Shown here: one piece after another, positions 41,673 to 55,074 of the stretch
How positions within the stretch are numbered: the stretch's first letter is position 1
Layout: every line of letters starts with the position of its first letter
Source: the human T2T-CHM13v2.0 reference genome, Homo sapiens
DNA: 64,000 nt
Direction: 5' to 3' (one strand)
NCBI RefSeq assembly: GCF_009914755.1
Contig: NC_060929.1
Program-made: the position numbers and the translations under genes
The notes under the pieces: model-generated
The model's database searches: none
What the model saw: the letters and a program-made list of their open reading frames with translations, nothing else
Told to the model about the DNA's origin: nothing

Positions 41673-42382
41673 TACTTAAAACATCTAGCTCTTAGTGCCC
41701 TTGTTTATAAAATGGGGCAAATTTTTAAAATATTTAATGACATAATATACTTAAATATGTTGTAGCATTTTATCCTAAGATGGAAAAATAGTCTTATTTG
41801 AATTTGTTTCCTTCTTAGACATCTTAAAATGAGAACAATAACAACAACAACCAGAAAATTGAAAGGAACAAATCTTGACTTCTAGGTCATTATATGTTTC
41901 CTAAATTATCTAGAAGAAATTTGAACCGATATGTAAAAATTACTTAGAAATGTATCAAAGCACAAAAGCTGCAAAAAAAACCCAGCAATATAATCATATA
42001 CATTTTCCCCTCTTATGGAATGAATCTCTTAGAAAGAGATGTTTACCTTTAGGGCTAATGTTTGAGTATTCTTTTAAGATAATTTAGGTTAATAAACTAA
42101 AATAGTTGATCTAGGCCCTGCTGCCTCAGAGTAAAAGCTTTTTCTCTTTCTGGCAATTGAATGTCATAGAATAATGACTCAACTTACAAGGACATACCCC
42201 AATCAGAACCTACAACTATCCTCATTAGCTAGTGTTTAGCCTTCCATTGCTCATTCTTAAATACTATATTAGTTTCCTAGGACTCCTGCAATAGATCATC
42301 AAAACCTGGGTGGCTTGAAACAGCAGAAATTTATTTTGTCATAGTTCTAGAGACCAGAAGTTCAAAATCAAGATATCAGCAG

Positions 42383-45300
42383 AGAAGCAGGGCCAAAATG
42401 GCTGATTAGAAGCAGCTGGTGAGTGCCACTCCACAGAGAGAAGAAAAAGTGGTGAGTAAATACTAAATCTTCAACTGAAAAATCTAGGAGGACACATTGG
42501 AATTCATCAAAGAAACAACTCAACCCATGGATAATGGAGAGTAGCGAGACAGAACGACTGCCCACTCAAGAATGGCATGGAGCCAAGGGAGGCTTCCCCA
42601 TAGCAGGGAAATGGTGAGAAACTGAGAGTCCCTGGGGACCCATAATTCTTCCACAGACCTTTGCAACCCTGGACTCATGACATCCCCGGACTCAGGACAT
42701 CCCCTCATAAGCCCACCCCCAGTGGGGCCTTCATACCGTCTTGCAGAGCTTTGTGTTATCTGGAAAGAGCCACTGCTCAGGCACATATGGAGTCCCTGGA
42801 GCCTTAAATCCCTGGGCATCCCAGCATTAGTGGATGGAGCTCTGGCAATGGGGGAGGTCAGGCTCCCTCACATGACCCGAGGGACTTCAGGCCTTGCCTC
42901 TGCAAGTTGCAGGATAAGACCGACTGATCTGGAACTCCAGCCACCTGCCCACTCCATGGCCAGTCCCCTCAGGCCAGTAACGGCTCTGCACTTCCTTGGA
43001 ATGGAGCCCCTACAGAGAGAGGCAAGATGCCATATTTGTTGTCTTACAGCCCTCGTGGCTGTTGTCTTCAGACACTAGAGGGTGAATGGTGACTCGGGTT
43101 GGGCACAGTTCCCCAACACAGCATAGCCACCCCACAGAAAAGCAGACTGTTTTTTTTTTCAGGTGGGTTTCCAATCCCACTTCTCTTCACTGGGCAAGAC
43201 CTCCTGACTCAAGACTCCACCCACTTCCCCCACTAAGGCTCTCAGGTGGTAGCAGTTCTGTGCTTCCTTGGGATGGAGTTCCCACAGGGAGAGGCGAGCT
43301 CACATTGTTGCTATCTCAGCTCTTGTTGCTGTTGCCTACAGGCTACGGAGGGTGTGAAGTGACTAGGGACTCGCATGGATCCCCAGCACAACACAGCCCC
43401 ACAGGAAAACCAGCCAGACTATTTTCCACATGGGTGTCTGATCCTGCTTCTCCTTACTAGGCAGTATCTCCTGACCTGGGACTCCATCACATTTACCCTG
43501 CCCTCACCCAAACATTTCATTCCATTGGAGGCAGCTCTACAGTTCTCTAAGGAGGAAATCCCAGAGACAACCCACAACCCTTCCATCATTCCAGCTGCAG
43601 TGGTACCACCCTAACCACTCTTAAGTTAGGGAAGAAACAAAGGGCCTAGCCAGTATGCTGGCACCTCCAGCACTCAACAGTCACCATATGTAGAGGAATC
43701 AAGTCCTTCTTTCCTGTGAGCTTCCAACCCCTACTCCACCAGGCAGGACCCCTGGCTCAGGACCACAGATCAGCCACCCCATCCCTAACTGAGCCCACTG
43801 GTAGTGGGTCTGAGTTTCCCTAGGGAAAGTCTCCCAGAGGCAACAGACAGCCCCTCTGCTACTCCCACAGCAGCAGTTCTGCCCCTGCTGCCCTCAGACT
43901 GGGGAAGAAAGAAAGAGCCTGAGGTCTTCACTCACACCTCTAGCATGCCACAGTAACTACATGGAGTGAACTCATTCTCTCCTCTCTGTAAGCCCTCAGC
44001 CCCTGCTACACAAAAAGCAGAGCCCCAAGCTAAGGCCAACAGTGCTGGCACCCCACCCCATGATTGAACATTCCCAGCTGAAGTGTCTGCATGTTTCTCT
44101 GACATGGAACTCCCAGAAGCAACTGAAAATCCCTCTCCCACTGCCACTGCAGTGGTACTGCCCTTGCTGCACTTGGACTGGGGAAGGAGAAAAGACCCTG
44201 AGTGCTTTAAACACAACTCCAGCAAGTTGGAGGTGCTCTAAGGAGAAGAGATCAGCCTGTCTCCCCTGTGACCCAGCTGTCCCTCTTCTCATTACTAGGC
44301 AGGATCCCTCTGTAGGGAAAGGTCACCTACAAAGGAAATCTCATCACGTTAACAGTGGACCTTTCAACAGAAACCCTATTAGCCAGAAGAGATTGGCAGC
44401 CTATATTCAGCATTCTTGAAGAAAAGAAATTCCAACCAATAATTTTATATCCAGCAAAACTAAGCTTTATAAGTGAAGGAAAAATCAGATCCTTTTTAGA
44501 CAAGCAAGTGCTAATGGAATTTGTAACCACCCGACTGTCTTACAAAAGGTTATAAAGGGAATCCAAAATACGGAAAAGAAAGACTGTTATTGAAAACTAC
44601 AAAAGCACACTTAAGTACATAGACCACTGACACTATAGAGCAACCACACAAATAAGTCTGCATTATAATCACCTAACAACATGATAACAGAATCAAATCT
44701 GCACATATCACTACTAACCTAGAATGTAAATGGGCTAAATGCCCCAATTAAAAGCACAGAGTGGCAAGCTGGACTAAGAAGCAAGACCAAGTGTTATGCT
44801 CTCTTCAAGAGATCTACGTCATATGCAATGACACATATAGGCTCGAAATAAAAGGCTGGAGAAAAATCTACCAAGCAAATGAAATAAAAGCAAAAAGCAG
44901 GGGTTGCTATCCTAATTTTAGATAGATGGTAAACCAACAAAGATAAAAGAAAGGCAAAGAAGTACACACATAATGGTAAAAGCTTCAATTCACCAAGAAG
45001 ACATATATATATACATACATATATACACGTATATATATACATATATATACATATATATATGTATATATATACGTGTATATATGTATGTATATATGTATAT
45101 ATGTATATATACGTGTATATATGTGTGTATATATGTATGTATATATGTATATATACGTGTATATATGTGTGTATATATGTATATATACGTGTATATATGT
45201 ATGTATATATGTATATATACATATGTATGTATACGTATATATGTATATATACACATATACATATGTATGTGTATATATACACATACATATGTATATGTAT

Positions 45301-47759
45301 GTATATATGTATATATGTATATGTGTATATATATACATATACACACATATACATATATATGTATATATATACACACATATACATATATATGTATATATAT
45401 ACACACATATACATATATATGTATATATATACACACATATACATATATATGTATATATATACACACACATATATACATATATATGTATATATATACACAC
45501 ACATATATACATATATATGTATATATATACACACACATATATACATATATATGTATATATATACACACACCCAACACAGGAGCACCTAGATTCATAAAGC
45601 AGGTTCTTACAAATCTATAAATCTATGAAGAAACTTAGATTCCCACACAATAATAGTGGGAGACTTCAACACATAACTAACAGTTTTAGATCATCGATTC
45701 AGAAATCTCACAAGATATTCAAGACCTAAACTCAATGCTAGACCAAAAGGACCTAATAGACATCTACAGAACTCCCCATGCATATCCACAGAATATACAC
45801 TCTTCTTATAGCCACATGGCACATACTCTAAAATCAACCACATGTTTGGATACAAAACAATCTTCAGCAAATTCTCCCCCCCCCAAAAAAAAATAAATTA
45901 TACCAATCACACTCTCAGAGACCAGAGAGCAATAAAAATAGAAATCAACAATAAGATAAGAGCTCAAAACCACACAATTAAATGAAAATTAAACGGCCTG
46001 CTCCTGAATGAGCCTTGGGTAAGTTATGAAATTAAGGCAGAAATCAAGAAGCTATTTGAAACTAATGAGACAAAGATGCAACATACCAGAGTCTCTGGGA
46101 AACAGCTAAGAGAGTGTTAAAAGGTAAGTTTATAGTACTAAATGCCTACATTGAAAAGTTGGAACGATCTCAAATTGACAACTTAAAATGACACCTAGAG
46201 GAGCTAGAGAAACAAGAACAAACAAATGCCAAAGCTGGCAGAAAATAAGAAATAACCAAAATCAGAGCTGCACTGAAGGAAATTGAGACATGAAAAACCA
46301 TATAAAAGATCAATAAATTCAGGAGTTTGTTATTTGAAAAAATTAATAAGATAGATACATGACTAGCTAGACTAATAAAGAAAAAAAGAGAAGATCCAAA
46401 TAAACACAATTAGAAATGACAAAGAAGACATTATCCCTGATCTCAGAGAAATACAAAAAATCCCAGAGACTACTATGAAAATATCTGTGCACACAAACTA
46501 TAATAGAAAATCTAGAAGAAAGGATAAATTTCTGGACACATACAACCTCTCAAGACCGAACCAGGAAGAAACTGAATCCCTGAGCAGAACAGTAATGGTT
46601 CTAAAATTGAATCAGAAATAAAAAGCCTACCACGAAAAAAAGACCAGGATCAACAGATTCACAGCCGAATTCTACCAGATGTACAAAGAATGGTACAAAA
46701 GTACCATTTTTACTGAAACTATTCCAAAAATTTGAGCAGGAGGGACTCCTCCGCCCAACTTACGGTACGAGGCCAGCATCATCCTGATACCAATATGTGG
46801 CAGAGACACACACAAATGGGAAACTTCAGGCTGATAAACAGATGCAAAAATCAACAAAATACAAGCAAACCAAATCCAGCAGCACATCAAAATCAATCAT
46901 ATTCAAGTAGGCTTTATCCCTGAGATGCAAGGTTGGTTCAACATACACAAATTAATAAATGTGATTCATCACATAAACAGGACTAAAAACACAAACGGCA
47001 CAATTATCTTAATAGATGCATATAAGTCTTTTGATAAAATTTAACACTCCTTTATGTTAAAAACCCTCAACAAACTAGGCAATGAAGGAACATACTTCAA
47101 AATAAGAAGAGCCACTTATGACTAACCAATAGCCAACATTTTACTGAATGGGAAAAAGCTGGAAACATTCCCTTTGAAACGAGAAACAAGGCAAGGTTGC
47201 CTTCTGTCACCATCCTGTGAAATCTTGTACTGGAAGTCCTGGCCAGAGCAATCAGGCAACAGAAAGAAATAAAAGTCATCCAAATATGAAGCAAGAAAGT
47301 CAAACTATCCCTGGTTGGAAATGACATGATTCTATACCTAGAAAATCCCTTGTCTGCCAAAAGCTTCTTGATCTGATAAACAATTTCAGCAAAGTTTCAG
47401 GATACAAAATCAATGTACTAAAAATAGTAGCATTCTTATACAACAACAACGTGAAAACTGAAAGCCAAATCAAGAATGCAATCCCATTCATAATTGCCAC
47501 AAAAAGAATAAAATACTTAGAAATACAGCTAATCAGTGAGATAAAAGATCTCTACAATGAGAATTTAAAAACCCTGCTCAAAGAAATCAGAGCTGACACA
47601 AACAAATAGAAAAGCATTCCATGCTCTGGGATAGGAAGAATCAATATTGTTAAAATGCCTCTACTACCCAAAGCAATTTATAGATTCAATGCTGTTCTTA
47701 TTAAACTACCAATGATTTTCATTATAGAATTACAAAAAATAATTTATAAATTCACATGG

Positions 47760-47802
<43 letters not shown>

Positions 47803-49268
47803 CCAAACAGCCAAGGCAATCCTAGCAAAAAGAACAAAGCTAGAGGCATCATATTTCCTGACTTCAAACTCTACTACTAAGCTACAGTAATCAAAATACA
47901 TGGTACTGGTACAAAACCGACATATAGACTAATGAAACAGAATAGACAGCCTAGAAATAATGCCGCATGCCTCCAACCATCTGTTCTTTGGGGGAAAACA
48001 ATGGGGGAAAGGAAACCCTATTTAGCAAGTGGTGCTAGGGTAACTGACTAGCCATATGCAGGTTGAAACTGGATCTTTTGCTATACCATATGCAAATTTA
48101 ACTCAAGATGTATTAAAGACTTAAATGTAAAACCCAAAACTATAAAAACTCTGAAAGATAACCTAGAAAATACCATTCTGGACATGGGACCTGGCAAAGA
48201 TTTCATGACAAAGATGCCAAAAGCAATTGCAACAAAAACAAAAATTAATAAATGGGACCTAGTTAAAATGAAGTGCTTCTGCACAGCAAAAGAAACTATC
48301 AATAAATAGAAAATATACAGAACGGGAAAAGATACTTTTCAAACTATGCAGCCAACAATGTTCTAATATCCAGCATCTCTAAGGAACTTAAATTTACAAG
48401 CAAAAACAACCACATTAAAAGTTGCCTAAATTTAAGATAAGAACAGACATTTTTAAAAAAGAGACATACACACAGCAAACAAGCATATGAAAAAATGTTC
48501 AACATCACTAATTATTAGAGAAATGCAAATTAAAGCCACAAGCTGCCGTCTCATACCAGTCAGTAATGCTGTTTTTAAAAAGTCAAAAAATAACATGTTG
48601 GCGAGCTTGCAGAGAATAGACAACGCTTATAAACTGCTGTTGGGAAGGTAAATTAGCTCAGTCATGTGGAAAATAGTGTGGTGATTTCTCAGAGAACTCA
48701 AAACAGAATCACCAATCAACCCAGCAATCCCATTATTGGGTATATAATCAAAGGCATATACAGTTTCACCATACAAACACAGGAACATGTATACATTCAT
48801 TGCAGCACTATTCACAATAGCAAAGATATGGAATCAAACTAGTTAGTGATCAATGGTAGACTGAATAAAGAAAATGTGGTATATATACATCGTGGGATAC
48901 TATGCAGCCATAAAAAAGAATGAGATAATGTCCTTTGCATTGGCAGTAATGTGAATGGAGCTGGAGAACATTATCCTTAGCAAACTAATGCAGATGCAGC
49001 AAACCAAATACTGCGTATTCACACTTATAAGTGGGAGCTAAACATGAGAAGACGTGGACACAAGGAAAACAGTACACATTCGGGCCTATTTGAAGGAAGA
49101 GGATGAGAGGAGGAAGACGATCAGAAAAAGTACCTGTTAGGTACTATGCTTATTGCCTGGGTGATGAAATAATCTATATACCAGACCCCTGTGATATGCA
49201 GTTTACCCATTTAACAAACCTGCACATGTACCCTTGAACCTAAAATAAAAGTTATAATTAAAAAAAAA
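42383..49268 (+). mobile_element. L1PA15/16-like element with both ends, internal ORF1 deletion, defective
   Basis: 5' end 'gggccaaaatggctgattagaagcagc'; ORF1/ORF2 peptides; aataaa and poly(A); TSD aagatatca(g/t)cag at 42370-42382 and 49269-49281. Confidence 0.92.
45001..45570. repeat. ~570-bp alternating purine-pyrimidine (TA/TG/CA) repeat
   Basis: Directly visible; includes 4 perfect 30-bp units (45341-45460) and 3 34-bp units (45461-45562). Confidence 0.97.
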
Positions 49269-49473
49269 AAGATATCATCAGGTCTGTTCTTACTCCAAAG
49301 GCTCTAGGGGTGAATTTATTACTGCATTTTCCGGTTTCCTGTGGCTCCCAGTTTTCCTTGACTTCCAGCTGCATAACTGCACTATCTGCCTCTATCTTCT
49401 TATGTCCTTCTTCTCCTCTATGTGTTTCAAATCTCCTTCTCATTTCTCCTGTAAGAACACCAGTCATTAAATA

Positions 49474-49923
49474 TTTTATTATTATTATTATTATTATTAT
49501 TATAATTCAAGTTCTGGGATACATGTTCAGAATGTGCAGGTTTGTTACATAGGTATACATGTGCCATGGTGGTTTGCTGCACCCACCAACTGGTCATCTA
49601 CATCAGGTATTTCTCATAATGCTATCCCTCCACTAGCCCCCCACCCCCTGACAGGCCCCAGTGTGTGATGTTCCCTTCCCTGTGTTCTCATTGTTCAACT
49701 CCCACTTATAAGTGAGAACATGCTGTGTTTGGTTTTCTGTTCCTGTGTTAGTTTGCTGAGAATGATGGTTTACAGCTTCATCCCTGTCCCTGCAGAGGAC
49801 ATGAACTCATCCTTTTTCATGGCTGCATAGTATTCCATGGTGTATATGTGCATTTTTTTTTTATCCAGTCTATCATTGATGGGCAGTTGGGTTGGTTCCA
49901 AGTATTTACCATTGTGAACAGTG
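49474..49923 (-). mobile_element. 5'-truncated L1PA7-like element
   Basis: (TTA)n tail, then 'aagttctgggatacatg..ataggtatacatgtgccatggtggtttgctgcaccc'. Confidence 0.88.
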
Positions 49924-49976
49924 CATTAGATTTATGGCCCATTCAGATAATCCCAGAGGATTATCTTGAAATTCTT

Positions 49977-50127
49977 TTTTTTTAATTTTATTATTTAATT
50001 TTATTATTATTATACTTTAAGTTTTAGGGTACATGTGCACAACGTGCAGGTTTGTTACATGTGTATACATGTGCCATGTTGGTGTGCTGCACCCATTAAC
50101 TCGTCATTTAGCATTAGGTATATCTCC
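49977..50127 (-). mobile_element. Very short young L1 (L1PA3/4-like)
   Basis: 'tatactttaagttttagggtacatgtgcacaacgtgcagg..cattaactcgtcatttagcattagg'; perfect 15-bp TSD tatcttgaaattctt (49962-49976, 50128-50142). Confidence 0.93.
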
Positions 50128-50278
50128 TATCTTGAAATTCTTAATTACATCTGCTAATATCTTTTCTCCAAATAAGGCTATATTCACAGGTTATGGGTGA
50201 ACATATCTTTTGGGGAGTGTATCAACCTCGTAAATATATGAAATGATAGACAAATAACGTCTAACATTTGAGGAAGAC

Positions 50279-50376
50279 TTTTTTTTTTTTTTGAGACGGA
50301 GTCTCGCTCTGTTGCCTAGGCTGGAGTGCAGTGGCGCGATCTCGGCTCACTACAAGCTCCGCCTCCCGGGTTCACG
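50279..50376 (-). mobile_element. 5'-truncated AluY
   Basis: 'gagacggagtctcgctc..caagctccgcctcccgggttcacg', AluY-type residues, CpGs retained. Confidence 0.88.
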
Positions 50377-50399
50377 GAGAAAGGCATTTTTAATTAAGG

Positions 50400-52090
50400 G
50401 AAAAGACCCACTGAACGAACAGAAAGAGGAATTCTGGTTTCAGTAAACATCAAATGTAGCTTATGTTTGATACATCCACCTATAGATAACAATTATGAAC
50501 TGTAAATAAAATATGCATGAACAATTCAAAGGTACTGAAAGTGACTGAAAATAGGCAGAAATTGAATGGCTCTTTTCTTGGAAGGAAACAACATTGGATA
50601 AAATTTATCTTTTTCTATATGTGTGTGCCCTTCCTCCAAGGGTATTACCCAGTTAAATTGATGTAAGGTAGGTTAAATTCAGTCAGAAAGCTCACTAATA
50701 CTCACTCTTACTTGCCTAAGAAATTAGCAGACAGAATTTGGTTTTGCCACAACGACTGGAAAGTGAGAGAAAAAATGAAGGAGAGAACAGGGTGTTAAGA
50801 GTGGGGGCTCAAATTTCATACTTAAGTTCTGTTCTAATCCTTGGCTAACACCTAATCTACACATGTGTAGAAAAAATCTAATAGTCCTGGTTGAAAAACA
50901 TCTACAGGTAAAACAAAAACAACTAGAAAAGACTTTAGCTTATCTAAAGCAGGGGCAACAGAGTTTTAAGTTTGAGTCTAACCAATTGAATTGCCAGATA
51001 GAATAAAAAACCAAACCCACCAATGAAACAAATAAAAAAAAACAAACGAAACCAAGCATTCTTTAGGGATATATAATATAATCAAGATCTCCTATGATAT
51101 ATTGTCAAAATGTCCAGTATCCAGTTAGAAACTCCTAGTCCTATGAAGAAACAAGAAAATGTGATATGCATTCATGAGAAAACTCAATGAAGAGAAATGT
51201 GACCCTAAGAATGCTTATACACTGCTGGTGGGAATGTAAATTAGTTCAGCCCCTATGGAAAGCAGTTTGGAGATTTCTCAAAGAACTTAAAACACAACTA
51301 CCATTTAGCTTAGAATCCCATTATGGGGGGAGTACCCAAAGCAATATAAATCATTCTACCATGAAGACATATGCGCATCTGTGTTCATCACAGCATTGTT
51401 CACAACAGCATAGACGTGGAATCAACCTAAATGCCGATCGACAATAGATTGGGTAAAGAAAATGTGGTACATATATTCCATGGGATACTAAACAGCCACA
51501 GAAAAGAACTAAATCATGTCCTTTGCAGCATACGGATGGAGCTGGAGGCTGCTATCCTAAGTAAACACAAGAACAGAAACCCAAATTCCCTATGTTCTCA
51601 CTTAAAAGTGGGAGCTTAACACTGAGAATACAATGACACAAACAAGAGAACAATAGACACTGGGGCCTACCTGAAGGTGGAGGGTAGAAGGAGGGTGAGA
51701 ATCAGCTACTGTGCTTATTACCTGGGCAATGAAATAACAAGTATGCCAAACCCCTGCAACACGCAATTTACCCTTGTAACAAACCCACAGATGTATGCCC
51801 GAACCTAAAATAAAAGTTGAAAAGAAGGAGAAAAAAAAAAAAAAAGAAACTGACTTTGAAGTCTATCCAGATGTTGGAATTAGTAAACAGATTGTAGTTA
51901 TAAAGTATAACTGGTCTTTCTGACAGATTAAATAATTATCTGTAAAGAAATGTCTGAAGAATCTATAAAACTGCTGTTATGACTAACCAATGAATGAAGC
52001 AAGACCTAAAATCAATACACATACATTGATTACGTATTAGAAGAAAACAAATAGGAGATAAAACAGAAAAATAATTTTTATGGCCATATC
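50400..52090 (+). mobile_element. Ancient L1M fragments hosting an L1PA16/L1PB-like 3' end (~51208-51845)
   Basis: 'aatgtccagtatccagttagaaactcctag..tgaagaaacaagaaaatgtga' (old); ORF 51187-51447 [23 protein letters not shown], aataaa and poly(A) near 51810-51845 (younger). Confidence 0.7.
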
Positions 52091-52571
52091 TCTTTTATTT
52101 TTTACTTGAGTATTCAAATACCATCATGCCCTATTAGCAAAAGTGGCAGTTGGGTTATCCTCAACTCTAACTGGTCCAGCCATCTCCCTGGAGCTTACAC
52201 AAGGCGAGGCAAGAATGTTCAGACATGTCTGTCCACACCAAGGTGAAAGAGAAGTGGTTTGATGAATCCAGGGCTGCATGTCTTTTGCCTGGTGTCACTG
52301 TAGGGGACTAGTTCTGTCCGGTCCTTCCCATCCTCACCTCTTCACCTGTACTCTGAGGTTGCAAGTCTTTCAGATGATACTCTCATTCTCAGAAATTCTT
52401 CCCTTCATTCTTTTCACTGTGTCCAGAAGGGATACTAGTATGAATGATGCATTGTGTCAGAACCAGCCCTACCTCACACATTTTAAGGTTTTGATCCCAT
52501 GTCATCAGCCTAGGTACCTGTACCTTGAGGTTGATTTTATTTTGGGAACCTCATAGGCCTTCCTTGCACTG

Positions 52572-54196
52572 ATTTTTTTTTGTTTAAGTTCTGGGATACA
52601 TCTGCAGAATGTGCAGGTTTGTTACATAGGTATACACGTGTCATGGTGGTTTGCTGCACCTATTAACCCATCATCTAGGTTTTAGGCCCCGAATGTGTTA
52701 GGTATTTGTCCTAATGTTCTCCCTCCCCTTGCCTCCAGCCCCCGACAGGCCCCGTGGTGTGATGTTCCCCTGCCTGTGTCCATGTGTTCTTATTGTTCAA
52801 CTCCGACTTATGAGTGAAAGCATGTGGTGTTTGGTTTTCTGATCCTGTGTTAGTTTGCTGAGAATGATGGCTTCCAGCTTCATCCATGTCCCTGCAAAGG
52901 ATCTGGTTCTAGATCTTTGAGGAATCGCCACACTGTCTTCCACAATGGTTGAACTAATTTACACTCCAACCAACAGTGTAAAAGCATTCCTATTTCTCCA
53001 CATCCTCTCCAGCATGTGTTGTTTCCTGACTTTTTAATGATCAGCATTCTAACTGTGGTAAGATGGTATCTCATTGTGGTTTTGATTTGCATTTCTGTAA
53101 TGACCAGTGATGATGAGCTTTCTTTCATATGTTTGTTGGCCACATAAATGTCTTCTTTTGAGAAGTGTCTGTCTATATCTTTTGCCCACTTTTTGATGGG
53201 GTTGTTTGAATCAATGTGCAAAAATCACAAGCATCCCTATACACCAATAATAGACAAGCAGAGAGCCAAATCATAAGTGAACTCCCATTTACAACTGCTA
53301 CAAAGAGAATAAAATACCTAGGAATATAACTTACAAGAGATATGAAGGACCTCTTCAAGGAGAGCTACAAACCACTGCTCAATGAAAAAAGAGAGGACAC
53401 AAATGGAAAAACATTCCATGCTCATGGACAGGAAGAATCAATATCGTGAAAATGGCCATACTGCTCAAGGCAATTTATAGATTCAATGCTATCCCCATCA
53501 AGCTACCAATGACTTTCTTCACAGAATTAGAAAACTACTTTAAATTTCGTATGAAACCAAAAAATAGCCCATATAACCAAGACAATCCTAAGCAGAAAGA
53601 ACAAAGCTGGAAGCATCATGCTACCTGACTTCAAACTATACTAGAAGGCTACAGTAACCAAAACAGCATGCTACTGGTTCCGAAACAGATATATAGACCA
53701 ATTGAACAGAACAGAGGTCTCAGAAATAATGCCACACATCTACAACCATCTGATCTTCTACAAACCTGACAAAAACAAGCAATGGGTAAAGGATTCCCTA
53801 TTTAATAAATGGTGTTGGGAAAACTGGCTAGCCATATGCAGAAAACTGAAACTGGACCCCTTCCTTACACCTTATACAACAATTAACTCAGAATGGATTA
53901 CAGACTTAAACGTAAGACCTAAAACCATCAAAACCCTGCAAGAAAACCTAGGCAATACCATTCAGGACATAGGCATGGGCAAAGACTTCATGACTAAAAC
54001 ACCAAAAGCAATGGCAACAAAAGCCAAAATTGACAAATGAGATCTAATTAAATTAAAGGGCTTCTGCACAGCAAAAGAAACTATCATCAGAGTGAAAAGG
54101 CAACCTATAGAATGGTAGAAAATTTTTGCAATCTATCCATCTGACAAAGGGCTAATATCCAGAATCTACAAGGAAACAAGAAAAACAAAACAAAAC
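52572..54196 (-). mobile_element. L1PA8-like element with 5' inversion (minus-strand 3' part 52572-53208; inverted part 53209-54196)
   Basis: 3' UTR 'catctaggttttaggccccg'; orientation switches at 'gttgtttg|aatcaatgtgcaaaaatc'; ORF2 peptides on both strands. Confidence 0.9.
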
Positions 54197-54515
<319 letters not shown>

Positions 54516-54523
54516 TAAAAACT

Positions 54524-55070
54524 ACTACTGAGTATCTACCCAAAGGAAAAGAAGACATTATGACTTATATTGCATACACACATACGTTTATACAGCACAA
54601 TTCGTAATTGCATATAGAACCAACCTAAGTGCCCACTGACCAACAAGTGGATAAAGAAAATGTGGTCTATGTACAACATGGAATGCTACTCAGCCATAAA
54701 AAGGTATGAAATAATGTCTTTTGTAGAAACTCGGATGGAGCTGGAGGCCATTCTAAGTGAAGTAACCTAGGAGTGGAAAACCAAACATCAAATGTTCTCA
54801 CTTATAAGTGGGAGCTAAGCTGTGAGAACGCAAAGACATACAGATTGATGTAATGGACTCTGGGGACTCATTGCAGGGGAGGTTGGCAGGGGTGTGAGGG
54901 ATAAGAGACCACATATTGGGTACAGTGTATGCTGTTCAAGAGATGGGTGCACTAAATCTCAAAATTCACCACTATAGAATTCATTTATATAATAAAAAAA
55001 CCACGTGTACCCTAAATGCTATTGAAATAAAAACAAATAATATATTTTTTAAAAATCTCTATGTAGTTAC
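54524..55070 (+). mobile_element. L1PB-like 3' end
   Basis: 'tatctacccaaaggaaaagaag', 'gagggataagagaccacatattgggtacagtgta', 'gctattgaaataaaa'. Confidence 0.8.
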
Positions 55071-55074
55071 AATA

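Larger units (their letters stand above)
42265..50228 (-). mobile_element. MLT1 solo LTR split into four pieces (42265-42382, 49282-49472, 49924-49976, 50143-50228) by three L1 insertions
   Basis: MLT1 text 'tattagtttcctagg..ggtggcttgaaacagcagaaatttatt' continues across each insert to 'gaacatatcttttgggg'. Confidence 0.8.

Noticed and set aside
44794-45620. Six long ORFs (174-263 aa) rich in Y/I/C/V/H/T
   Set aside because: Artefacts of the alternating purine-pyrimidine repeat, which cannot contain stop codons.
52278-52556. 92-aa ORF in the unique island
   Set aside because: No recognisable protein in the frames I translated; the island is reported as a possible transduction instead.
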